A stretch of DNA of 21,552 nt from a virus (lineage: Duplodnaviria > Heunggongvirae > Uroviricota > Caudoviricetes), in IMG/VR virus record IMGVR_UViG_2718218127_000003. One strand, 5' to 3'. The notes under the pieces were generated by a model. It worked only from the letters and a program-made list of their open reading frames with translations, was not told the DNA's origin and ran no database searches. The position numbers and the translations under genes are program-made. This document shows, piece by piece, positions 7,966 to 16,256 of the stretch (within the stretch, counting starts at the first letter, position 1; each line of letters begins with the position of its first letter).

Positions 7966-8925
7966 TTAATTTACCATCAGTCTTAGAGCCAGTTCGTCCG
8001 GATAGGGATCGAAGTAATTCTGTGTAAGCAAGTAATCATTAGGATACTCACCCAGATAATGCTTCAGCAGAGTCAACGGCGCAAGAAGAGGTAATGTGCC
8101 AGAACGATAGTTAAGTATAACCTCGCTCAACTCTTTACGCTGGCGTGTACTTAAGTAGTTACTAAAATACCCCTGTATATGCATCAGCACATTCGTGTGA
8201 TTTTTACGTGATGCAGGTTTTCTGAGAATCGCCATCAGCTTATCACGATACACCTCAAAGTATGATTCAAGGTCCGCCCACTCGTGTATTGCAGCCACAA
8301 ATGGTCCCATATCTTTATAGCCTGCCTGACTATGCGCCAACAACTGAAGCTTATAACGACTATGAAAAGCTAATAACTCTCTTCTTGATAATTTCTCCTT
8401 GTAAAGGTGATTGAGCTCATGCAAAGCAAAAACTCTTTCAACAAAATTCTCACGAAGCACTGGATCATGTAATCGCCCATCCTCTTCAACCGGTAGCCAG
8501 GAAAACTTTTCCATCAAAGTGCTCGTAAATAGTCCCACTCCATCTTTACGACCTCGATTACCATTTTCATCATAGACACGCACGCGCTCCATGCCACAGC
8601 TGGGAGATTTAGCACAAACCACAAACCCCGATACATCCTTTAATTTGTCCATATAAGAACGACTAAACTCTGTCATTCTCTCTGTCACATCCTCATTCTG
8701 GTCGTGGCTGAAACACATCCGAATATTTCCTTGCGTCGAGCGCACAAGACGTAGAGCAGGACGCGGAACTGGCAGCCCTATAGCCATTTCCGGACATACT
8801 GGTCTGAATGTTACCCATTCCACTAATTTGTCCATTAAAAAGTCAGCTCTTTTGTGACCACCATCAAAACGAACAGCAGAACCGGCCAGACAACCGCTGA
8901 TTCCAATCACAGGTTTTTTTATCAT
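7966..8925 (-). CDS. YbgA-family protein: N-terminal DUF523 (TudS-like, Cys-rich) fused to C-terminal DUF1722
   Basis: MIKKPVIGISGCLAGSAVRFDGGHK...PVCPEM...VVCAKSPSCGME carries the conserved cysteines and SPSCG motif of the DUF523/thiouracil-desulfidase family, with a helical C-terminal half. Strong SD GGGGGAGG. Confidence 0.75.
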   Translation of the reverse strand: MIKKPVIGISGCLAGSAVRFDGGHKRADFLMDKLVEWVTFRPVCPEMAIGLPVPRPALRLVRSTQGNIRMCFSHDQNEDVTERMTEFSRSYMDKLKDVSGFVVCAKSPSCGMERVRVYDENGNRGRKDGVGLFTSTLMEKFSWLPVEEDGRLHDPVLRENFVERVFALHELNHLYKEKLSRRELLAFHSRYKLQLLAHSQAGYKDMGPFVAAIHEWADLESYFEVYRDKLMAILRKPASRKNHTNVLMHIQGYFSNYLSTRQRKELSEVILNYRSGTLPLLAPLTLLKHYLGEYPNDYLLTQNYFDPYPDELALRLMVN

Positions 8926-9117
8926 ATCCTCCCCCTTGACTAATTCATTAACACATAAACTGTGTAGTGCACGGAATAAATTGCCTTTCTGGCGTCATCA
9001 CTGACAATTTTTCTGTTATGGACTATTCCTAATATAGTATGAAAGTTCTTTAAGTGATCGGTCGTAATCATCTATCTTTCATACTTACTCTCAACTATCA
9101 AAAGTACAGGATTTATT

Positions 9118-9642
9118 ATGAAGTTATGGCCTGTGTTGACTGGCATTGCACTCTCTTTCACTCTTATAGCATGTAAGGCCCCGACACCACCTAAAGGTGT
9201 GCAGCCGATTACAAATTTTGACGCCAACCGCTACCTCGGAAAGTGGTATGAAATAGCTCGCCTCGAGAACCGGTTCGAACGTGGTCTGGAACAGGTCAGC
9301 GCTACTTATGGAAAACGGAACGACGGAGGGATTCGTGTACTTAACCGTGGATACGATCCAACGAAAAATAAATGGAGCGAGAGCGAAGGTAAAGCATACT
9401 TTACTGGAGATACTAAAACTGCAGCGTTGAAGGTTTCGTTTTTTGGCCCCTTCTATGGTGGCTATAATGTAATCAAACTGGATGATGAGTATAAGTATGC
9501 TCTTGTCAGTGGTCCGAACAGAGAATACCTATGGATTCTGGCAAGGACCCCAACTATTCCAGATAAAGTAAAAGCAGACTATGTGCGAACCGCTCAAAAG
9601 TTGGGATTCAATGTCAATGAATTATTATGGGTTAAACAATAA
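9118..9642 (+). CDS. blc: Outer-membrane lipocalin lipoprotein, Blc family (paralog-like, prophage-borne)
   Basis: Lipoprotein signal MKLWPVLTGIALSFTLIAC, then ...NFDANRYLGKWYEIARLENRFERGLEQV...GKAYFTG...LKVSFFGPFYGGYNVI...YLWILARTP..., the bacterial lipocalin signature. Confidence 0.85.
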   Translation: MKLWPVLTGIALSFTLIACKAPTPPKGVQPITNFDANRYLGKWYEIARLENRFERGLEQVSATYGKRNDGGIRVLNRGYDPTKNKWSESEGKAYFTGDTKTAALKVSFFGPFYGGYNVIKLDDEYKYALVSGPNREYLWILARTPTIPDKVKADYVRTAQKLGFNVNELLWVKQ

Positions 9643-9667
9643 AATCCCTACCCGAAATAATACTTAT

Positions 9668-9697
9668 TAGAAAAAAACCAGCCTTTGGGGAGGCTGG
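9668..9697 (-). terminator. tR'-like intrinsic terminator about 100 nt downstream of Q
   Basis: On the minus strand: CCAGCCT-ccccaa-AGGCTGG followed by TTTTTTTCT. The position matches the lambda pR'-tR' unit on which Q acts. Confidence 0.55.
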
Positions 9698-9797
9698 CTA
9701 AATCAGGAAACAAGCTGTTATATGATAATAACTACGTTGCGATTCCAACATTTAAAATGTTAGACTAATGAGAATCAGACAGCAACTTTTCCTTTAA

Positions 9798-10175
9798 TTA
9801 TTTCGAACAATCAGCATCCATCTCCAATCGGAGATCCAACACCATCAGCATACCCTCCACTACGCCCTCAGCTTTCTGGAGCATCCTGCCAACCCAACAA
9901 TCAGATCGCCCATGCTTACGTGCAAGCGCCATAAAAGTCATGCCGCCGACATAATAGTCCACCAATAAATCGTGCAAATCGCTGTTGTTCTTTTTCAGAC
10001 GGGCCATGCACCCGCAAATGATCATCGCGTCATCGTCACAACATTGCGGGCGAGATTTTACTTTTGAAGGAATTAATCCCTTAAAACCGGCGGCAATGGA
10101 CGACCAGGTCACATCTTCATGATTATTAGCCGCCCATGCTCCCCAACGCTCCAGAACCATCTGAATATCACGCAT
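9798..10175 (-). CDS. Late-gene antitermination protein Q (phage 82/21 type, QuuD-like)
   Basis: [76 protein letters not shown]... The ATG at 10173-10175 is preceded by GGAG; the TTG 4 codons upstream used by the ORF track is less likely. Confidence 0.85.
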   Translation of the reverse strand: MRDIQMVLERWGAWAANNHEDVTWSSIAAGFKGLIPSKVKSRPQCCDDDAMIICGCMARLKKNNSDLHDLLVDYYVGGMTFMALARKHGRSDCWVGRMLQKAEGVVEGMLMVLDLRLEMDADCSK

Positions 10176-10192
10176 CAACTTTCTCCACAAAA

Positions 10193-11188
10193 TCAGGCCA
10201 GCACACCAATCGCCAGCGCACGATCGATAAAACGAAATATCAGCTCCAGCTGGGAGCCATACTTCTCTTCAAATGCCACGGTATCCGCATGCAGCTCGTC
10301 GTGATGCTTTCTGCACAAAGGCAACACAAAAAGGTCATGCGCTTTTGTACCCATTCCACCCTGACCGTGGCCTATCAGGTGATGGGGATCATCGGCGGGC
10401 TTTCCACAACATGCACACGGCTGCGTCTTAACCCAGCGCGTGTACTTTTCATTAACCCAGCGGCGACGTTTTGGGCGTAACATAAAAGACTCCGGCGACT
10501 CCGGCTCCACTTTCAGCGCCAGCACCTTTTTCGCTTTATCCTGGATGATGCTGGTGGCAGGAACCGAAGGAACAAGATCACTTTCCCGGGTGACAGACGG
10601 CACAACAGGCTTCGGTAATCTCAGTGCCTTACGGGCTGCACTTTCCGGTAAGGCATCCGCCAGGTCATTACGAACCAGCCACCAGCACAGTTCCGGCATT
10701 GTCACAACGTGACTGTCATCAAAACCGAGATCCCGACGCACGACAGACAACACCCAGCGGGCACAGTTATCCGTTGCCATTGATTCCAGCCGTTCCGTGA
10801 ACTGATCGCGCAGCTGGTTATCGCAGTGCCAGCACAGACGGATTGCGCCCGGAGCGTGTCGCATTGTGGTCATGTTCTCGCTGTGCCAGTCGGAATGAGG
10901 CCACTGGCAGCCTTTTTCACGAAGTAACCAGCTTTCAAGACATTCCACGCCACCAGCACGACGGATCACCGCCTCATTGCGGAACACAGACCGAACGGCA
11001 GGATCATCCGCCAGTGGTTGTAATGCCGCCGGAACGGCACCACTGGAAAAAGATGAATAATGTTCCGGCTCAGGCTCCAGCAGGACACGCCCCTGCATAA
11101 ACAGGGGCATCAGCTCTGAACCGGGTCTGAACAATACGATCCCCATACGCGGGGCAACTTCAGGGGTCAGTAGTGCTCTCACGGTCAC
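10193..11188 (-). CDS. DUF968-family prophage protein (YdfU-like) with a C-terminal HNH-like Cys/His motif
   Basis: C-terminus ...[47 protein letters not shown]. It lies immediately upstream of Q, as ydfU does in Qin. The start is GTG and uncertain. Confidence 0.7.
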   Translation of the reverse strand: MTVRALLTPEVAPRMGIVLFRPGSELMPLFMQGRVLLEPEPEHYSSFSSGAVPAALQPLADDPAVRSVFRNEAVIRRAGGVECLESWLLREKGCQWPHSDWHSENMTTMRHAPGAIRLCWHCDNQLRDQFTERLESMATDNCARWVLSVVRRDLGFDDSHVVTMPELCWWLVRNDLADALPESAARKALRLPKPVVPSVTRESDLVPSVPATSIIQDKAKKVLALKVEPESPESFMLRPKRRRWVNEKYTRWVKTQPCACCGKPADDPHHLIGHGQGGMGTKAHDLFVLPLCRKHHDELHADTVAFEEKYGSQLELIFRFIDRALAIGVLA

Positions 11189-11189
11189 C

Positions 11190-11763
11190 TCAATGAACGG
11201 TATCGAGCAGCTTTAACAGCTCAGGGAATCGGGATTCGAAGAAATGCGGCTGCGTCTCGCGCGGATTTGCGGGACTGGTGATATTCTTGCCGAACATGCA
11301 GCCTTTCGCTGTCAGCGACCAGAATTTTTTGATGTTGTTAATCGCGGTACGGCTGTATCGTTCGCGCTGCTCGACGATCCCCAGCTTCACCATCTGGTGA
11401 TATGCCTGATTAGCTGTCAGGCGGATACCATACTGCTTCAGCAGTGCACTCAGTGACAGCGTGGGGCGGCTTGAGCCATCAGGCGCGTCAGCAGGAGCAT
11501 CAATGGCATAGCGCGGTGCCAGATTCGGTACCCTGGCGACGCGCCTTACGCGTTAACCAGCCTTCTGCTTCCAGCCGTGCGATAGCCGTCCTGACGGTAC
11601 TCATCCCCGCGCCAATCTGACGGGCAATAGTTTCAATTGATGGCCAGCACACACCTTCGTCATTACTGAAATCAGCCAGGCGGGCCATAATTGCCACGCT
11701 GGATAATTTCATGCCTGATGCAGCGCAACCATCCCATACATAGCCGGTTAATTTAGTGCTCAT
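11190..11763 (-). pseudogene. Helix-turn-helix phage protein (replication/regulatory-like), apparently frameshifted near 11500-11520
   Basis: The 87-aa ORF (MSTKLTGYVWDGC...RLEAEGWLTRKARRQG) stops at 11500, and protein-like sequence continues in another frame (RYAIDAPADAPDGSSRPTLSLSALLKQYGIRLTANQAYHQMVKLGIVEQ...) into the 67-aa ORF ending at 11190. Confidence 0.5.
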
Positions 11764-12111
11764 GACCGACCTCTATTTCCCTGAATTTACGACGAAACTG
11801 TTCGAGCGGGCTGAAGCACTCATGCTCATAGCCTTCGCGGAGGTAGATAACTCGTTGTGTTTCCGGCTCCCAACGAATGACTCTGACGGGCACTCCGTAG
11901 TGATCTTTGAACCAGCGGTTAACTTGTCGCAAAGGACTGTCTCCTTCTGCCGGTTGAAATCACCCACAGCCCACTCAGCAAAGCTGTGGGTTACAATTTC
12001 CCTGTCACCTGGTACATTAACTGCATAGCAATACTCCACCTTCGCTTTTCCACCCGGTACAGGAAGCGCAATCAGTTGCGAGCGACGGTAGTGTGTTGTT
12101 AAACTGTTCAT
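11753..12111 (-). pseudogene. Hypothetical phage early protein, frameshifted near 11940-11975
   Basis: The N-terminal frame ([50 protein letters not shown]) then degrades, while another frame gives protein-like ...[62 protein letters not shown], whose stop overlaps the next ATG. Confidence 0.5.
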
Positions 12112-12671
12112 GCGTTAGTTTCTCCACAGTCACGACACGCCACGGCGCCCGGAGCTGCACACTCGCGGGCGTCATTACTTTCTGAAATGCAAAAGATTTT
12201 GTAGACCAGTGCTGCATGCTCCTGCAGCTTCGAAATTGAGAGATACAGCTCGTCGTTAATTGCTGTCTTCTCATGCGGTTCCACTACACCGTCTTCGATT
12301 GCTGAACGAATCTGTTTTGAATAACTGCCGATCTGTTCAATGACTTCCAGCAGACGCTGGTTAATATCGGCGTTGTCCACATCCTCGACGTCAGGAAGAG
12401 ACACAAAGACGCCATTTGCAGACTGCGCCACAGCGTCAGCAATGAAGTGAGTTCCACCAGCACGTTGCAAAATCATTGCCCATCCCAGCGGGAAAATCTG
12501 ATCGCCATCGGCACGAAGGCGGTTAAATAATGCGTTCTCTGTTACATCCAGCCAGTCAGCCGCTTCAGCGTAACCACCCGGCAACGCCGCGATAGTTTTT
12601 CTGACAGCTTTCACGTACCACTCAGGCTGTTTTTCTATTTTCCAGTGATGCTTACCCACGATTAGCCTCAT
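12108..12671 (-). CDS. Phage regulatory protein, CII-like / YdaT-like, downstream of cro
   Basis: 187 aa with ATG at 12669-12671. Its stop overlaps the next gene start (ATGA). It is second in the pR-side operon after cro, as ydaT/cII are. Confidence 0.6.
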   Translation of the reverse strand: MRLIVGKHHWKIEKQPEWYVKAVRKTIAALPGGYAEAADWLDVTENALFNRLRADGDQIFPLGWAMILQRAGGTHFIADAVAQSANGVFVSLPDVEDVDNADINQRLLEVIEQIGSYSKQIRSAIEDGVVEPHEKTAINDELYLSISKLQEHAALVYKIFCISESNDARECAAPGAVACRDCGETNA

Positions 12672-12702
12672 CGTTCTGTGGTTAAAAATTGAAAGTGTTC
12701 TG

Positions 12703-12903
12703 CTAATCTTTCGGATAGATATCCGGTCTTAAGTCAGATTTCGTAATTGCACCTGACGTGCATTGCTCAAGTTTTTTAGCCAGCACAAAACTGGCTTTTT
12801 TATAGCCATTGAAAACCAGCCGTAAGTAGCCAGGTGTTGAGCCAACTTTTCCGGCCAACTCGCCCTGCTGTTCTTTGGTTAAAGAGTCCCAATACGCTTT
12901 CAT
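12703..12903 (-). CDS. Cro-like HTH regulator (YdaS family), 66 aa
   Basis: MKAYWDSLTKEQQGELAGKVGSTPGYLRLVFNGYKKASFVLAKKLEQCTSGAITKSDLRPDIYPKD. ATG at 12901-12903 with SD GGAGGT. Divergent from the cI-like gene. Confidence 0.8.
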   Translation of the reverse strand: MKAYWDSLTKEQQGELAGKVGSTPGYLRLVFNGYKKASFVLAKKLEQCTSGAITKSDLRPDIYPKD

Positions 12904-12906
12904 ACA

Positions 12907-12978
12907 ATATGTACCTCCGGTGTACATATTACATGATTGAAATGAACCTTCAAGATACTTGTACCTTAACGGTACAAG
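12907..12978. promoter_or_regulatory. Immunity operator/promoter region (oR-like) with two palindromes between cro and cI
   Basis: ATATGTAC-ctccggt-GTACATAT (12907-12929) and CTTGTACC-ttaac-GGTACAAG (12958-12978) share the half-site (A/T)TGTACC. Confidence 0.5.
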
Positions 12979-12993
12979 GGTTTTAATTTCGTT

Positions 12994-13668
12994 ATGAAAA
13001 CAATCCATGACATCCGGCGGTCTAACGCCAGAAAACTGAGAGATGGTGTTGGCGGGAATTCTTCCTTTGCCACTATGATTGATCGCGAGCCAACCCAGAC
13101 CAGCAGGTTTATGGGAGATGGTGCTACTAAAAATATCGGTGACAGCATGGCACGACACATCGAAAAATGTTTCGACCTGCCTGTCGGATGGCTCGATCAA
13201 GAACACCAGACAACGAACATCACAAAAAAACCTGATGTTTCAATCACTAATAAACAAATCACATTAGTCCCTGTCATATCATGGGTACAGGCCGGAGCAT
13301 GGAAAGAAGTTGGATATTCTGAGGTTGATTTGAGCACAGCAGAAACGTATCCCTGCCCTGTACCCTGTGGGGAAATGACTTATATCTTGCGGGTGATAGG
13401 TGATTCAATGATTGATGAGTACCGCCCGGGAGACATGATTTTTGTCGATCCTGAAGTACCTGCCTGCCACGGTGACGACGTTATTGCATTGATGCACGAT
13501 ACAGGTGAAACCACCTTCAAAAGGTTGATAGAAGATGGGACACAGCGTTATCTCAAAGCGTTAAACCCAAACTGGCCTGAGCCTTACATTAAGATCAACG
13601 GTAATTGCTCTATAATTGGAACTGTGATTTTCTCAGGAAAACCAAGAAGATACAAAATCAAAGCCTAA
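12994..13668 (+). CDS. cI-like prophage repressor: N-terminal HTH, C-terminal S24 (LexA-like) autopeptidase
   Basis: The C-terminal domain has an AG cleavage site (VQAG/AW), the GDSM serine motif and a downstream Lys (TFKRL). The ATG has almost no SD, consistent with a leaderless pRM-type transcript. Confidence 0.85.
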   Translation: MKTIHDIRRSNARKLRDGVGGNSSFATMIDREPTQTSRFMGDGATKNIGDSMARHIEKCFDLPVGWLDQEHQTTNITKKPDVSITNKQITLVPVISWVQAGAWKEVGYSEVDLSTAETYPCPVPCGEMTYILRVIGDSMIDEYRPGDMIFVDPEVPACHGDDVIALMHDTGETTFKRLIEDGTQRYLKALNPNWPEPYIKINGNCSIIGTVIFSGKPRRYKIKA

Positions 13669-13688
13669 TCAATGTTTATGAACCTGCT

Positions 13689-13712
13689 TCGGCAGGTTTT
13701 TTTATACTTGAC
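13689..13712 (+). terminator. Intrinsic terminator after the cI-like gene
   Basis: AACCTGC-ttcg-GCAGGTT followed by TTTTTTT. Confidence 0.6.
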
Positions 13713-13715
13713 AAT

Positions 13716-13749
13716 GTACCTTTGAGATACATAATGTACCCAAGAGAAA
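13716..13749 (+). promoter_or_regulatory. pL-like promoter overlapped by an operator palindrome
   Basis: TTGACA-N16-CATAAT. The spacer contains ATGTACC-tttga-GATACAT (13722-13740), the same half-site and 5-bp spacing as the oR palindromes, plus a further ATGTACC at 13742-13748. Confidence 0.5.
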
Positions 13750-13816
13750 CAACAAACAGGCAGGACGCCCACGAAGTATCCGCCTGGGGCATATGAAGTC
13801 CAGGATGATTCGTTAG

Positions 13817-13846
13817 CAACAAAAAAGCGCCCTACAGGACGCTTAG
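13817..13846 (-). terminator. Intrinsic terminator downstream of the 173-aa gene
   Basis: On the minus strand: AAGCG-tcctgtaggg-CGCTT followed by TTTTGTTG. Confidence 0.45.
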
Positions 13847-13885
13847 CTCTTTAACAATCTGGGTATCATCCAACCAATGCAAGAT

Positions 13886-14407
13886 TTAAGGAATCCAAGG
13901 CGAATTCAGATCTCGCCCCAACTCACGTAATGATCTTGGTCGTTCGTACATCGGATTTTTTTCCATAAGAAATTTATTTTCACAGTGAAGGCAACGGCTT
14001 GTAAGAAAATGAGAAGTTTTACCTACTGGAAGCGGATGAAGTATCGATTTTATATTTTTGGAATAACAAAGTGGGCACAGATGCACAGTTATTTCTTTTC
14101 CACTCACAATTTCATTTTTAGAGTAAACAAAAGCACCAGAGTCAAGCTGATCAAGGACATATCCTTCTACCTTGGCACAAAAATCTTCAAACTCTGCAAT
14201 TTTTGCTTTGAGATGCATCACCTCTTCATCACGAAGGCGGATCGCATCGCCAAGAGAGAAGCATTCTGCCTGAAGCGTGATTAGTTTGTTCTGGAGTTCA
14301 ATGGTTGCAGCTTTAACTTCTGCATCCGTTTTCGCGTCATTAATAACCTTAGCAAGACCGGCAGTCTCCTTTATAGCGGCCATAGCCGCAGACAGTTCAG
14401 CTATCAC
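13886..14407 (-). CDS. Hypothetical protein, 173 aa: N-terminal coiled coil and C-terminal CxxC-X22-CxxC zinc-ribbon-like motif
   Basis: ...HLCPLCYSKNIKSILHPLPVGKTSHFLTSRCLHCENKF. The gene is AT-rich, convergent with cI, and has its own terminator. The start is uncertain (GTG at 14405-14407 or the ATG 8 codons in). Confidence 0.55.
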   Translation of the reverse strand: MIAELSAAMAAIKETAGLAKVINDAKTDAEVKAATIELQNKLITLQAECFSLGDAIRLRDEEVMHLKAKIAEFEDFCAKVEGYVLDQLDSGAFVYSKNEIVSGKEITVHLCPLCYSKNIKSILHPLPVGKTSHFLTSRCLHCENKFLMEKNPMYERPRSLRELGRDLNSPWIP

Positions 14408-14876
14408 GTTGAATACTCAGCTAGTTGTTGGGGATATCCAGATTAACCAAATCCTTGTTGTTGGGGAATAACTAGGTCCACCTCGCCTGATGTGGCTAAA
14501 AGCAGGCACATAACAGCTAAGTATTTTCAACCAGAGAGAATCCTTAGCGTTGTGGTGAATGCGGCTCAGCGCACGCGGGTTAAGGTTGAGGCTGACAGTC
14601 GACCTTCTGTGGATACCCACCCGCCTGGTGTGCAACCTTCGCCAGGCACCGGGAGGCACCCGGCACCACAACTTTATGCTGTGTGTAGTCCTGGCGGTAT
14701 CAGCTTGTACCCTTGCTTCCGGCTGGTACCGTCCTTTTTACAAAACAGAGAAGAGCATCACCGGACGACGGGCTCATAACCCAATCCATCCGGGCGGCTG
14801 CCACCGCAGGTGTTCTTCTCTGTTTTGTGGAGAAACCAACCGACCCTGCAGGGTCGATATGATGGGGAGCAGCAAA

Positions 14877-15239
14877 ATGGCTAGCGAACGCAGTACTGAT
14901 GTGCAGGCATTTATCGGGGAGCTGGACGGCGGCGTATTTGAAACCAAAATCGGCGCAGTTCTCAGTGAAGTCGCTTCCGGTGTGATGAACACGAAAACCA
15001 AAGGTAAGGTCTCGCTCAACCTGGAAATCGAACCGTTTGATGAGAACCGTGTAAAAATCAAACACAAACTCTCATATGTTCGCCCGACTAACCGCGGGAA
15101 AATTTCCGAAGAAGACACCACCGAAACGCCGATGTATGTCAATCGCGGTGGTCGCCTGACTATTCTGCAGGAAGACCAGGGACAATTACTGACTCTTGCC
15201 GGTGAACCTGACGGAAAACTCCGCGCAGCAGGTCGTTAA
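14877..15239 (+). CDS. YfdP-like prophage protein (120 aa)
   Basis: MASERSTDVQAFIGELDGGVFETKIGAVLSEV... ATG at 14877 is preceded by GGGGAG with 7-nt spacing. The upstream in-frame extension is GC-rich and low-complexity and is rejected. Confidence 0.7.
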   Translation: MASERSTDVQAFIGELDGGVFETKIGAVLSEVASGVMNTKTKGKVSLNLEIEPFDENRVKIKHKLSYVRPTNRGKISEEDTTETPMYVNRGGRLTILQEDQGQLLTLAGEPDGKLRAAGR

Positions 15240-15304
15240 TATCGTTTTTAATAAACTGATTATTTATCTCATCACTGAATATCTTTATATAGTGAGGACT
15301 TATT

Positions 15305-16129
15305 ATGTCTCAGAACTTAGACGCAACCGCAATTAATCAAATCCATGCCCTTATTTCTGCTCAGGGTGTTAATGAAATTATCAGTAAGATTGGTGCCGAT
15401 GCTGTGGCATTGCCTGAGAATTTCCGCATTCATGATCTGGAAAAATTTAATTTAAATCGCTTCCGTTTCCGTGGTGCGCTTTCCACTGCCAGCATCGATG
15501 ACTTTACCCGTTATTCTAAAGATCTTGCAGATGAAGGCACCCGCTGCTTTATCGATGCTGATAATATGCGAGCCGTCAGTATGCTTAACCTGGGTACTAT
15601 TGATGAACCAGGTCACGCAGATAACACCGCCACTCTCAAACTGAAAAAGACAGCACCGTTCTCTGCCCTGTTGTCTGTTAACGGCGAGCGTAACTCCCAG
15701 AAGTCACTGGCAGAATGGATTGAAGACTGGGCCGACTACCTTGTGGGCTTTGATGCTAATGGTGACGCCATTCAGGCAACAAAAGCGGCTGCGGCGGTCC
15801 GTAAAATCACGATTGAAGCAAACCAGACCGCTGATTTTGAAGACAATGACTTCAGCGGCAAACGCTCTCTGATGGAGTCTGTCGAAGCGAAAACCAAAGA
15901 CATTATGCCAGTAGCATTTGAGTTTAAATGCGTTCCGTTTGAAGGCCTGAAAGAACGTCCGTTTAAATTACGCCTCAGCATTATCACTGGTGATCGCCCT
16001 GTACTGGTTCTGCGCATTATTCAGCTGGAAGCAGTGCAGGAAGAAATGGCTAACGAATTTCGTGATCTGCTTGTTGAAAAATTCAAAGACAGCAAAGTAG
16101 AAACCTTTATTGGTACTTTCACCGCCTGA
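15305..16129 (+). CDS. YfdQ-like prophage protein (DUF2303 family), 274 aa
   Basis: Good SD (TGAGGA). The size and position match yfdQ in the CPS-53-type early-left module. Confidence 0.75.
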   Translation: MSQNLDATAINQIHALISAQGVNEIISKIGADAVALPENFRIHDLEKFNLNRFRFRGALSTASIDDFTRYSKDLADEGTRCFIDADNMRAVSMLNLGTIDEPGHADNTATLKLKKTAPFSALLSVNGERNSQKSLAEWIEDWADYLVGFDANGDAIQATKAAAAVRKITIEANQTADFEDNDFSGKRSLMESVEAKTKDIMPVAFEFKCVPFEGLKERPFKLRLSIITGDRPVLVLRIIQLEAVQEEMANEFRDLLVEKFKDSKVETFIGTFTA

Positions 16130-16141
16130 TTTCATTACTGC

Positions 16142-16166
16142 AAATGCCCCTGCGGGGGCATTTATG
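16142..16166 (+). terminator. Strong stem-loop between the yfdQ-like and yfdR-like genes (possible attenuator or partial terminator)
   Basis: AAATGCCCC-tgcg-GGGGCATTT, a 9-bp GC-rich stem, followed by AT-rich sequence but no clean U-run. Confidence 0.3.
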
Positions 16167-16256
16167 GAAACGTAATTAACTCAATAATCGCCTGATGGCG
16201 AGGGTTTTCTTTAACCAAAATTCAGCGCGGTGCAGCGCATATACGTGGAGAACAAA

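Noticed and set aside
10843-11100. Plus-strand ORFs antisense to the DUF968 gene (10440..10712, 10843..11100) and to Q (10119..10480)
   Set aside because: Shadow ORFs opposite confidently assigned minus-strand genes, with no independent support.
12703-13206. 167-aa minus-strand ORF spanning the operator region and the cI 5' end
   Set aside because: Its upstream part overlaps the cI gene and operators and has no RBS. The real gene is the 66-aa YdaS/Cro-like CDS starting at the ATG at 12901-12903 behind GGAGGT.
14422-14469. Direct repeats TTGTTGGGGA(T/A)A read as DnaA boxes
   Set aside because: The complement T(T/A)ATCCCCAACAA does not match the TTATNCACA consensus closely enough. Kept only as unexplained repeats in a finding.
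14492-14876. Plus-strand ORFs 14492..14779 and the N-terminal extension of 14559..15239 as coding
   Set aside because: Pro/Arg/Gly-rich low-complexity translations from GC-rich DNA with no RBS. The extension runs into the yfdP-like gene, which has a good internal start with SD at 14877.
14700-16017. Minus-strand ORFs 14700..15065, 14774..15142 and 15772..16017
   Set aside because: Antisense to the yfdP-like and yfdQ-like genes, with low-complexity translations.
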